This document shows positions 1-11,918 of a stretch of DNA of 64,000 nucleotides, in pieces (position 1 is the stretch's first letter; every line of letters starts with the position of its first letter). The notes under the pieces were generated by a model that did no database searches, had not been told where the DNA came from, and saw nothing but the letters and a program-made list of their open reading frames with translations. A program made the translations under genes and the position numbers. The DNA comes from Antedon mediterranea (taxonomy: Eukaryota; Animalia; Echinodermata). The stretch is from contig NC_092677.1 of NCBI RefSeq assembly GCF_964355755.1, positions 27,701,175-27,765,174 of the forward strand. Reading direction: 5' to 3'.

Positions 1-1398
1 CAAACGCTTGATAATGGCGGAGTTTGACCTGACCTGGGATGTAGCATCTAGATTGTTTGATAAGATTCAGGCGCATCGGCGGAATACAAAGACTGACGAC
101 AGTGAATTCAGTAGATGGGTACTGAATACACTGCGCTACGCATCGAAACACAGAACAAATCCGACAAAATAATAATAACAATCTTTCTCCAGAAGACAAC
201 CGAAGTCAAACGTGAAGACAGTCCAGTCCCTAGGCCTACTTTTTATTTCCTTTGAACTCACCCGGTGTACCGCAAACGTGACTTTACTAATACAACTTAT
301 GAATGCTTCTATGATAAGTAACTTTAAAATTCAATGGAAATTCATTAATTCAATTCTTTGCTTCGGAATCTCTGGTCCATAGAAAGTAAAATTACATATA
401 AATGAATTAACAATAATCACTCAAGACTGTAATAATTACTACTAATTGAGAGATACACTTTAGGCTTAAGAAAGTAGAAAAGTGGCAATATACTGAACGC
501 AAATGGAAAAAAACGCAGCATGTAGTAAAATACGATACGATAGAGTAAACATGCCAAAAAAACCTTTAAAAAACTTATATATCGATATAATTATATTTAG
601 GCCTATGTCTGAGCCATCTTATAATTGATATGCTGTAGTTAACAATAGTTATTTTATTAGTTGCCTATCTACAAAATGATCTATTTCGAAAACAATGTTA
701 TTTATTTCGATAATGGTTTCTTAAATACAAAAATAATATTAATATAGGTCTATTCAATTAAAAAATATGAGCATAATTTCATTACGTAATCGTAAAATAA
801 ATAAGAAAATAATAAATATATGTGTACCTGGATGATGTCAATAATTATCTCATACAAAAAAAAAACAAAACAAAAAGAGCAGCAGCGTGCAAAACATGGT
901 AGACATTTTTGTATTGTAGAAGATTGAGGTAGGTTTCAGCTACTATTTTCAGCTTGATTAGGTTGATAAATAATATTTCTTACTGAATGTTTTAAAAGTG
1001 TATGAGACCGTTCGGACTTTACAGTTTACACATGTAATGGTCGCATGAGGTGTAAATTTTGAGATATAGGCCTAAGGAACAATTTGAACGCGTAAAAAGG
1101 TGTAAATGTAAATTTTTGTCCCTAGAGTAATTTAGGTTATACATGTGTATTTGATTTTAAAATCTGAACACAGCTCAATTGAGTTTAAAGTCCGAGCACA
1201 GCCCCCGAGTAATTTATGTTAAACGTGTAATCGAGTTTAAAGTCCGAACACAACCTTCAAGAGATAAAATGCTATATTTTTAAGCCACAGTCCTAGTAAA
1301 AATATGACCTTTTTAAGTTTTCTAATGAAATTCATTATACCATCGTACAAAAATAAAACATTGTTGTCAATGAAATATTATGACATGAAATCACCAAC

Positions 1399-1625
1399 AA
1401 GCGAACCGTGTGTAAAACAGACCAATCAAAAGTATAAGTGAGTGAAATACAGCCGCGTCAACAAGCGAACCGTGTGCAAAATAGACTGTTCGACTATCAT
1501 ACAACCATTTTAACTGATAACAGGCGAACGTTGCTGGTTGAAAAAGTTGATGAACGAACTCACGAAGAAGCGAACCGTGTGCAAAACAGACTGTTTTAAC
1601 TGAGGAACAGACGAACGGTGTGTTA
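1399..1625. repeat. Degenerate direct repeats of AAGCGAACCGTGTGCAAAACAGACT upstream of SLC7 copy A
   Basis: Copies at ~1399, 1462, 1568, with weaker ones at ~1522 and ~1610. Confidence 0.7.
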
Positions 1626-1893
1626 AAGATGTAATGTGAGATTTTTAAGTGCAAATTAAAATTAAAAGGTAATTGATGATAATACATGTCCGTTTAAACA
1701 ACTGGTGTGGACAAAACGTACCTATGGTGATATGTAGCCTTTGTACTCATGACCATGAACTTGGTCCATGGTACCATCATTAATTCATGAATATTCATTA
1801 ATCTGTGATGGCATATACGGGCTAGTATATAAAACAAAAGAAGACACATTTAAACTATTCTTCTCAATCATGGAGACATTGTACAAGCAGAAA

Positions 1894-4800
1894 ATGTCCG
1901 GTTGTAATTCGACAACGTCAAGCAAAAGTGATAGAGAAGGCGTTGCTCTTGTTCGCCAACTCTCAATCATTCCATTTTCATCGTTAATTATCGGAACGGT
2001 GATTGGATCTGGTATTTTCATTTCTCCAAAAGGAATTTTAGAATATACACATACGGTTGGATTATCCATGATAATATGGGTGGTATGTGGTTTAATTTCA
2101 ACGTTAGGTGCTCTCAGTTATGGAGAACTGGGCACAACATTCTCCAAAACTGGCGGGGATTTCATTTTTCTTTTGGAATCGTTTGGGCCTATGGCTGCGT
2201 TTTTAAGAATGTGGACCGCCATTATTGTTGTTAGGCCTGCCTCGTGGGCGGTTCTTGCTATAACATCGGCTACTTATTTAATAACGCCTTTCTATCCTAA
2301 TTGTAATGTTTCATTATTAGCTGTTCGTCTTCTGGCTGCCACAATTCTTTGTAAGTATGATGATAAAATATTTTAATTAAAAATCCTTGCTATATGATTG
2401 TTGCCATTACCATTAATATTGACAAAACGTAATGTTGAAATGTATTTAAGGGAGCTTTGATTTGCGACGACCGGGACCTAACAACTGGGCATATTATTGT
2501 GTCATTGGTCGTCTCCCTAGAATTCGCCAAAACTGTTTTTTTTTTAGGATCGAGTGCACAATAAATTATTAGTTAATTAATTATAAGTTATTTAGTAAAC
2601 ATTTATCAATAGTCTTGCTTTTTTAGGTGTAATTTTCTTAGTGAACTGCGTCAGTGTTCCAACAGCGTCTCGTTTGAATGTGTTTTTTACAATCGTTAAA
2701 CTGTCTGGTTTGATTGTGATTGTCCTAGCCGGTATCGTGCTACTTATCCAAGGTAAACATTATTATTATTATTATTAATAATGTTATGGTAAATATAGAG
2801 TTGCATAGAGCTTGGAAAAAAAGACAACAAATGTGAGGAGGCGAAATTGCTTCCATTATCAAGTAATCAAGTACTATTTCTTTTTGCAGGTAATACAGAA
2901 CATTTTAAAGACCCATTTAAAGGAAACGAAGAGTTTAAATGGATTGAGCTGTCGCTTGCATTTTATTCTGGATTTTTTGCATTCTCTGGTTGGTAAGTGG
3001 GTGTCATCCCTAGCTTAGACATAAAGAAAAGTAAAGCTAGAAAAAAGCAAGTCGTTTTAATTTAAGTTGTGACTGTGAAATGTAATGTATGTAATTATTG
3101 TTTTTATAATCATACTAATTATTTGTACGTTTTTGTTTTAGGCACATTGCAGCTTCTATAACAGAAGAAGTAATAAACCCTTCAAGGTATAATATTTGTT
3201 GTGTTTTAAAATGTTTTGTTACAAAATTCCATGCTTTACTAAGAAATTCCAAACATTATAACTGAACATAAACAACCGAAAAATTGAGGCAGGCCATTAT
3301 TATTCAATATTTTGAACTCTATTAGTTCATTTTAAGAAATGAATCAAGCTTTCCTAGATTAAAAAGTAACATTCTTTTTCAAAGAAAGTTTCTATGAGTT
3401 GTAGAATTTAGAAATTCCTGACGACAGAATATGTATACGTGTGTGCAATCCCATTTCGGTTGTAAATTGCAACTCTGTAATATCAGCATTATATATTAGG
3501 CAAAGAATTGACTTGTATACCTACTACTCTAGATTACATGGTTTTTAGTCGCGTGGACGTGACTCTATAGTTCACTATGTCGGTCGGTCGGTCTGTCGGT
3601 CTGTCTGTCGGTCCGGTATCACTATGCGTTTTAGCACGCGACTTATGGCTGTTGGCCTTGTTAAATTGTATCTGGATGATCAATAACATATATTAATTTG
3701 CAGGACAATTCCTGTATCAATAATAATCGCCATGACGGTGATTACCAGTGTATACATCATGGCAAATATTGCATATTTCACTGTCCTATCACCAGCCGAG
3801 ATTCTTGCTTCTGACGCTGTTGCATTGGTAAGTCATTCCTGATATATTTCAGTCACAAATTTACATTTCATGTCCATCTTCTTCTTCCTATTACACTCCT
3901 ACTTTAACTTCTCTATATTTTCCATATTATTTTCCATTCTCTATGTATAGCTTATATACGTTTTATTTTATCTCAACATTTTATTAACTCTCAATTTTAC
4001 ATATACATAATTGAATTAACATTGTAGAGTTTTGGTCAGAAGGTGTTTGGAGACTGGGCCTGGGTCTTATCAATTGTGGTAGCAGGTTCGTGTATAGGTG
4101 CAATTAATGGTGGAGTTTTGACTTCATCAAGGTAATGTACTATTGGGTACTAAATTGTTAGAAAACTCAGATATTTTTTATTTTGTTTTATTCACGTATT
4201 GTGTCTCATTTTAGAATAAACTTTGCAGCGTCACGTGAGGGTCAATTACCTAAACTGTTATCGATGATTCACATCAACTTCAAAACACCAATGCCGTCTG
4301 CAGTCATTATGGTAACAGTACTCCATCCTCATTTCTCGCTATCTACACACAAATAATGAATGAAAAGGTAAATTAGCGATTAACTTTTCTACTTACACTT
4401 ACAAGTTATTTCTTTCTAATTTCAGCTTCCACTAACTTTACTTCTACTTGTTAGTGACAATGTTTATAGTCTTATAAATTACATGAGCTTTACATTTTGG
4501 CTGTTTATCGGCCTCACTACTGCAAGTATTCCGTACTTCAGAATGAAATATCCAGACTGGGAGCGTCCATTTAAGGTTGGCTATTATTTTTTTATTTAAT
4601 TAAAAAAATGTTAGTGTTATGTTAGTGACAGTGGCGGATCCAAACATTGTGAAATGAAGTACTGAACTTCATCTCAACAACATCACCATCTATTCTTATT
4701 TTGCACCTCCACCTTTTGAATCCACCTATTAATGAACTTGAAAGAGCATACAAGGGTATTTTGAAACGTTTTTGTCTACTTTTTTTCTCCGTATTTAATG

Positions 4801-5450
4801 TTATATCTTGGGGTGGTTCAAACTTAAGGTCTTTCTGACTTATAAGACTCCCCCCACCCTACTTCATTGTATTCATTGTGTATATCCAGTATGTTATAAT
4901 ATTGTGGCAATTACATTGAAATTGTCTATCATTTTGCCTTATTCCAGTTTTTTTGTAAATTATTTTTTGCTGTTTTTAGTTTCCAAGTTATTATTTTTCA
5001 TGGTTTCACAAGCGCCTTGAGCACTTTGTGGATATGTGCGCTTTATAAATTGTATTATGTTATCTTATCTTATCTTATTACAGGTGAACTTAGCAGTACC
5101 AATCATATTCACGTGCTTTGCGTTGTTTGTCGTTGCTATATCTCTTTACTCTGCACCAAAGGATTGTGGGGTTGGACTAGCTATTACTGTTGCGGGTATT
5201 CCACTTTATTTCATAGGTGTGCGGTGGACGAAAAAACCAGCCTGGTTTGAAGATGGGATGGGTAAGGATTTAAAAATAAATGACGGTAATATCATGGTTA
5301 AAAAAAAAAACATTTTAAATTATACCAAATAATTTGAAATCAGGGCAATTGTTTAATAATTTGTATGTTTTTTTGTCTTTAACAGATAATGTCACTTTAT
5401 TTTGTCAAAAGTTAATGTTGGTGGTTGAGGCCGAGAAGAAAGAAGACTAA
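1894..5450 (+). CDS. SLC7-family heteromeric amino acid transporter light chain (xCT/b0,+AT/LAT-like), tandem copy A, 10 coding exons, ~482 aa
   Basis: Exons joined by hand with GT-AG sites in consistent phase: 1894-2350, 2627-2752, 2890-2992, 3142-3186, 3704-3827, 4028-4131, 4215-4311, 4426-4575, 5084-5261, 5386-5450 (1449 nt, ends TAA). Motifs: IGSGIFISPKG, LSYGELGT, FYPNC (heavy-chain disulfide Cys), FAFSGW..ITEE, ASREGQLP, RPFKV. In-frame upstream ATGs at 1870/1768 make the start uncertain. Confidence 0.93.
3543..3662 (+). mobile_element. Short DINE-1/HINE-like (Helentron-associated) element
   Basis: T-rich start, subterminal inverted repeat AGTCGCGTG...CACGCGACT, internal (GTCG/GTCT)n microsatellite, short 3' stem-loop, ends TTGTT; absent from the equivalent intron of copy B. 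Confidence 0.65.
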
Positions 5451-5791
5451 AGGAAGTTATATTTATATATACGTATATATTATTATAATGATGATTTACA
5501 ATCACATTAGCTATTATTGACACTATTCCAGCCTATTGATTAAGAAAAAAAATGTTCGTAGTCCCTTTACCTATTATTCAAGTAAATTCACGGTGTAGGA
5601 ATTTGATCAAATAATGTAATACAAGTTTTTAACACTAGTTAGCTTACTAGTCTGGGTTCCAGGCGGAGTTTTGACTTAATACTAGTAAAAAGATAAATAT
5701 GTTTGCCCATTATCATATGCATATTATGCACATTATGGTCTATCATTATTTTACTAGCTCTTTCATGTCTAGTACTAGCATACGGTATGAC

Positions 5792-5972
5792 CAAGGCAAT
5801 CAAACAATTCTAACTGATGCTGAGCTCCGGAGATGAAAGGGTTTATCTGTGGCTGTGACAAGATCAGTTCCACGCACCTAATAGACGTAGTCAGTACTGT
5901 TGGTATTTGTTGTTACGAACGTGTTCCTATCTTAGCAAAGTGAGCTCAGCGTCCTGTTGTTAGATTGACTTG
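5792..5972. mobile_element. MITE with CA...TG termini and 7-bp TSD (P/Galileo-superfamily-like)
   Basis: TIR CAAGGCAATC / GATTGACTTG, internal inverted GCTGAGCTC/GAGCTCAGC, flanked by direct GTATGAC at 5785-5791 and 5973-5979. Confidence 0.6.
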
Positions 5973-6686
5973 GTATGACGGACTTAATAGTCAGCATTCA
6001 CCGCAAGTACGTTAATAAACGCATGCCATAGTACTAAAGCACTTCGCTGTGGCCAAAGCATTAAAAACAAAATTATGGCCAAACGCATGAAACGGAGGCT
6101 TTGGAAGCTCGCTAGGTGGCGCCATATTTGCCATTACAATCACACATAAACTTAAACAAGCAGAAAAAACTTTATTCAAAATATTTTATTAAAAAAAGCT
6201 AGAAAGATGCCAGGTTTTTCTAAAAGATGCTGTTTTTGATGCATAAATATTTAAAACCAGTTCGGCAATGGTATATTTTATCACATGCGTAGGTTGTTTC
6301 CTGTTCAAAAAACGACATGCAAATTCACTCTTGGGATGCCAGATTTAGTGTAGGAGGATGCCAAATTTGATCAAATTATGCCAGATGCTAAAAAAATCCT
6401 TGGTCTTAAACACTTTATTCTGACAGCAGCCTGCGAATTAGAGTTCTTCTCGAACATATCCTAGTCCAGAGTGATTCAATGCGATACTGATACGATAAGA
6501 ATTAACAAAAAGGTAATTGATGATAATACATGTCCGTTCAAACAATGGTGGACAATGCAGAATGGTATGTAGCCTTTGAACTCATACCATAAAAACGGTA
6601 CAAGCCTAGTATATAAAACAAAAACAAACAAGAAACCTTTAAGCTCAATCAGAAAGACATTGTACAAGGAAAAGATTGGATCCAAA

Positions 6687-9600
6687 ATGTCAGGTGGTAA
6701 TTCGACAACGTCAAGCACAAGTGATAGAGAAGGCGTGGCTCTTGTCCGTCAAATCAGAATAATTCCATTTTCATCGTTAATTATCGGAACGGTGATTGGA
6801 TCTGGTATTTTCATATCTCCAAAAGGAATTTTAGAATATACACATACGGTTGGATTATCCATGGTAATATGGGTGGTGTGTGGTTTAATTTCAACGTTAG
6901 GTGCTCTCAGTTATGGAGAATTAGGCACAACATTCTCCAAAACTGGTGGTGATTTTATTTTTCTTTTGGAATCGTTTGGGCCTATGGCAGCTTTTTTAAG
7001 AGTGTGGACCACCATTATTGTGGTTAGGCCTGCCTCGTGGGCGGTTCTTGCTATAACATCGGCTACGTATATCATAACGCCTTTCTATCCTAATTGTAAT
7101 GTTTCATTATCCGCTGTTCGTCTTCTTGCTGCTACGATTCTTTGTAAGTATGATAAAATATTTTATAAATTCTTTATTTAATTAATTAAATTTTATTAAT
7201 TGATTAATTCGTAATGTTTATTAAATTAAATCAAGCAGGACCCTAATAACAGAGAGCTTTCGATTTCTGACAATCTAGGACTTACTAGACGTATTATCGT
7301 TGGTCGTCCCATAGAATTCGCCTAATCTAGTGGGATAGCGCGTCACAATGTTCCCGCATGCGCACAATGAATTACTTAACGTAACTAGATCCTAGGATGT
7401 CACAAATCGAGGAGCTGTTTGATCAATAGTCTTGCTTGTTTTAATCTTTTAGCTACTTTTTTTAATCAGAAAATTGTGTTGTATTGTAGTGCTGTGTTGG
7501 TGCAATTTTTATGTGTATTTTTACTGTTTTATGTATATATAATTATTATGATATGCCAGTTTTCAAAACAAATTTCTGTTAATTCTTTTTAATGGACAAA
7601 TAAAGATACTATGACTATTGTTACAGGTGTGGTTTTCTTAGTCAACTGTGTCAGCGTTCCATTAACTTCTCGTTTGAATGTATTTTTCACAATCGTTAAA
7701 CTGTCTGGTTTGATCGTGATTGTCGTAGCCGGTATCGTGCTACTTATCCAAGGTAAGAAGTACCAGTTATCTTATGCTGCATAAATGAGACAAGGTGAGG
7801 AGCTTGTAAAAGAAAAACTTGTAAGGAGGCGAAATTGTTTCCATAAAGCTTGGTTCCCACTAGGACGCAACGCAAGGACATAAACACAACGCAAGCGTGT
7901 TGACCAATGACAAGCGACACTGCGAATAATCAATCGCTTGTGATTGGTCAAATGAGAACCAACCATTATCAAGTAGCTGATATTTTTTGTTTGCAGGTAA
8001 TACAGATAATTTTAAAGACGCCTTCAAAGGAAACGAAGAGTTTAAATGGATTGAGCTGTCGCTTGCATTTTATTCTGGACTTTTTGCATTCTCTGGTTGG
8101 TAAGTGGTAAATTAATAATATGGCGGATTCAGGAATTTGAAATAGGGTTGAAGAAGGAGGTGACTTAACCTACAGTAATGTTCCATTGTAATTTTCAAAA
8201 TTCAGAATAACGATAGGATGCCCCAACTTAGAAACAAGGTTGGAAAAATAATATGTAATTTATTGTATTTACACAATAATCATTTGTACGTTTTGTTTTA
8301 GGCACATTGCAGCTTCTATAACAGAAGAAGTAATCAACCCATCAAGGTATTATTTTGTTTTATTTTACATTATAACATAAAACAACCGAAAAGTGAAGAA
8401 GCCATTATGATTTAATATTTCGAACTGTATTTCTTTATTTTCAGAAAACACCAGCTCATCTTAAATATTAATAAAACATAACCAATTGTTACGAATTCAG
8501 ACAATCCATGACAGAATATTTATGTGCGATCCCATTTGGGTTACTAAGACACAGTTATGTATTCGAGCAATATTTTAATAGAACTATATATTATGCAAAG
8601 AATGGACATTTTACATACAAGAAGGTATTTAGATGTACTAATTCTGATCAATAATATATGGTATATTAATTTTCAGAACTATTCCTGTTTCAACAGTCAT
8701 CGCTATGACAGTGATTACCAGTGTATACATCATGGTAAACATTGCATATTTCACTGTTCTATCACCAGCTGAGATTCTCGCTTCTGACGCCGTTGCATTG
8801 GTAAATACCGTATTGCCTTGTTCTTTGCATCAAATTCGTCCATCAATTCTTTTCTTTATGTTCCTTCTTGACGCAATAACCTCTGCCATCTTTCTCATCA
8901 GACCGCCATTAATAATAATTTTACAGATTTAACATTTGCATTATCGTTTAGTATATTTCTTTATAGAGTTTTGGTCAGAAGGTGTTTGGAGACTGGGCCT
9001 GGATATTATCAATTGTCGTAGCAGGTTCGTGTATAGGTGCAATCAATGGCGGAGTTTTGAGTTCTTCCAGGTAATTTAATTCAACATTTATTTTAGACAA
9101 ATTGTTAGAAAATTCAGATATAGAAATTATCTCTGTCCGAGACACATCTTTCTGTTTTCTATGTTGACATTCCAAAGTTAAAACATTGATTCTGTACCTT
9201 TATATACAATCCATTAGTACTACTACTCACGTATTTTTGTTTCTCCTCTTAGAATGAACTTTGCAGCGTCACTTGAGGGTCAATTACCTAAACTTTTATC
9301 GATGATTCACATCAACTTCAAAACACCAATGCCGTCTGCAGTCATTATGGTAATTAGTTTAAAATCATGCGCAGTAATTATCGACACATTGGAATGCAAC
9401 TTGAAAAAGTTTAAATGTTTTTAATTCTAAAAATGTACACCATTTCATCCTTTCTCGCTAATTAAATAGAAACAATGAATGAATGATAAAAAGACATAAT
9501 AAATGAAAAGGGTAAATTAAAAATAAAAATAGATTACACTTCCATATGCCAAGTTATTTCGGATTTGTTTTTTTTTCTTTCAGCTTCCACTAACTTTACT

Positions 9601-10408
9601 TCTACTTGTTAGTGACAATGTTTATAGTCTTATAAATTACATGAGCTTTACATTTTGGCTGTTTATCGGCCTCACTACTGCAAGTATTCCATACTTTAGA
9701 ATGAAATATCCAGACTGGGAGCGTCCATTTAAGGTTGGCTATTCTTTAAATAATTGATTTAGAATCATACCAACTTGTTGTGTATCTATGTTAGTGTCAG
9801 TGGTAGATAATGAGTCGTACCCAATATTGACAGTGACTGATCTGAGGGTCTAAACATTGTGAAATCAAGTACTTAACTGGGCCAATGTTCTTGTTCTTCT
9901 TTCAAATATTGCCCCTCCCCTCTTGAATCCGCCTATGAGTGAACTTAAAAGAGCAGTTTGAAAGGACAATGGACAATTTTATTTTCAATCTTTTGGCTTT
10001 TTTTAATTTCCAACATATTTCCCAACCAATGTCTCTCTGTTAACAGGTAAACTTAGCAGTGCCAATCATATTCACCTGCTTTGCGTTGTTTGTCGTTGCT
10101 GTATCTCTTTACTCTGCACCAAAGGATTGTGGGATTGGACTAGCTATTACTGTTGCGGGTATTCCACTTTATTTCATAGGTGTGCGGTGGACGGAAAAAC
10201 CAATCTGGTTTGAAGATGGGATGGGTAAGGATTTTAAAATGTAGGCCTACGATTGTTACAAAAATGCTTTAAAGTATACAATATTTTAAAAGCCGAGGGA
10301 ATAATATGTTTAATTAATAAACTTATTTTTTTGTCTTTATCAGATAATTTCACTTTATTTTGTCAAAAGTTAATGTTGGTGGTTGAGGGCGAGAAGAAAG
10401 AAGACTAA
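6687..10408 (+). CDS. SLC7-family amino acid transporter light chain, tandem copy B, 10 coding exons
   Basis: Same exon layout as copy A: 6687-7143, 7627-7752, 7997-8099, 8302-8346, 8677-8800, 8967-9070, 9253-9349, 9584-9733, 10047-10224, 10344-10408; exons highly similar to copy A, introns diverged; no stops or frameshifts seen. Confidence 0.92.
7250..7420. mobile_element. MITE in intron 1 of SLC7 copy B (decayed homolog at ~2448-2560 in copy A)
   Basis: Imperfect inverted ends AGCTTTCGATTTCTGACAATCTAGGA / TCCTAGGATGTCACAAATCGAGGAGCT; shared internal TTGGTCGTC..TAGAATTCGCC in both paralogs. Confidence 0.5.
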
Positions 10409-11241
10409 AGGAAGTTATAAAGGAAGGATATTATGATTTACATTATTATAATAGGCCTATTGCCAAGGTCTTTGACAAAAAAAATCTTTTGATCAATATA
10501 TTTTGTAAACTTATTAACTTGTTCTAAAGATTTTTAAATACATGACTAATTTGTGATTGATTAAAAAATGTAATAAAAATTTTATTTTTTTTAAAAGTTG
10601 TTTTCAAATATATGTAAATAAAAGGAATGTAGGAAAATTGATTACTGTATTGAATCGTTAAAATAAATGTTTTTTTATTTATAACTTTTAACTTTTATGA
10701 TACAGTACATGAAAAAAAGGTAACAACAGACATAAACCATAAAAGAACAAAAAGTTAGCTAACATGGACAAATATATAAATATTTTATAAATAAATGTTC
10801 ACATTGTAGTATCTGTCAAGCAATTAAACAATTAAAATTTTTCTTTTGTTTTTAAATGTTTCCAGAGTAGCATTTTTTTCTGAATACATTTTTCTATATC
10901 ATATTTCGATTTAATAAAATTAATTAATTTAAGTCCTTCCTATATTATCATTTTGTTTACCGAGAAGATCTTCTGTCCCTCAAAATTCTGTTTTTCTGAA
11001 ACCTTTTCACAAAAAAAATAAAAAAAAAATAAAAAAACTGAAAAATAGGTAAACAAATCAATCAAAACGAACAGTTATTACAAAAAAGTCTTTTAAATAA
11101 TAATAAAATTGTTAAAGAAGACTTCATTAAAAAAAGTACAGTCATTTTCTATTTTGAGTGTTATGAAATAGTCAAACCACCTGACCACAGGCTTCCAATC
11201 AATAATTGACGTTCCTTGTTTAATTTGAGGGCGCTGTGGTG

Positions 11242-11274
11242 TGACGCAATTCTCAATATCTGGGGGAAATTCCC
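11242..11274. promoter_or_regulatory. Candidate kappaB site (GGGAAATTCCC, 11264-11274) plus bZIP-type site (TGACGCAAT, 11242-11250) upstream of RNF31
   Basis: Exact match to the GGGRNWYYCC consensus about 250 bp before a probable non-coding first exon donor (GAAG|GTACGT at ~11530). Confidence 0.4.
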
Positions 11275-11918
11275 GTCAGAAAAGCCAGGTCTAATTTTAG
11301 TGTTTTAGGAGTCCTCGTAGCTAATACTTATAGTATCCAGTATGATTATTACTAATGATGATGTTACGAAAACATTAGTTCCTTCTCTAAAAACCTTTAA
11401 ATTTAACTAAACTAAAGGTAGGCCTACCTAGATTGGTCCCAGCTAACAGCAGAGTAGAAGAGAACCGGAAAAGAACGAATTTTTGCGGCGGGCAGTAGTC
11501 GAGTCGTAGTGGGTGGTGAAAAACAGGAAGGTACGTAGGAATATTTTTCTTATTCTATATATATTCTGGTCGGCTTGTTAGCCTCCTTGTTCTATTTACA
11601 ATAAGCACAAATAAGGTAGTCTACTGGAATGAATAAATTATAAAATATATATATTTATATAATATAAGCCAAAACAAATGTATTAAAATGTAGCCTTATT
11701 ATTATCAATCAGTACAAGTAGGCCAAGTAGATATATAATATGGACGTAATATTGTTTTAACCCGTCAGCTATTTCATAATAAGGTCGACTCTACATGTAT
11801 GTGTGTACATTATGGTGATTAGGATTACAGAAATTGTCAATAGAATAGAAGACATGCAACAAAAGATTTACATTAATCGCAAATTGGATTCTACTTATTA
11901 TATAGGTGAATAAAAAAT

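Noticed and set aside
780-845. ATF4/AARE-like sites upstream of the xCT-like gene (ATTACGTAAT, TGATGTCAAT)
   Set aside because: Imperfect short matches in very AT-rich DNA with unknown TSS, not shared with copy B.
1768-1893. N-terminal extension of SLC7 copy A predicted by the ORF track
   Set aside because: Homologous region in copy B has indels and no equivalent ATG; most likely UTR or intron.
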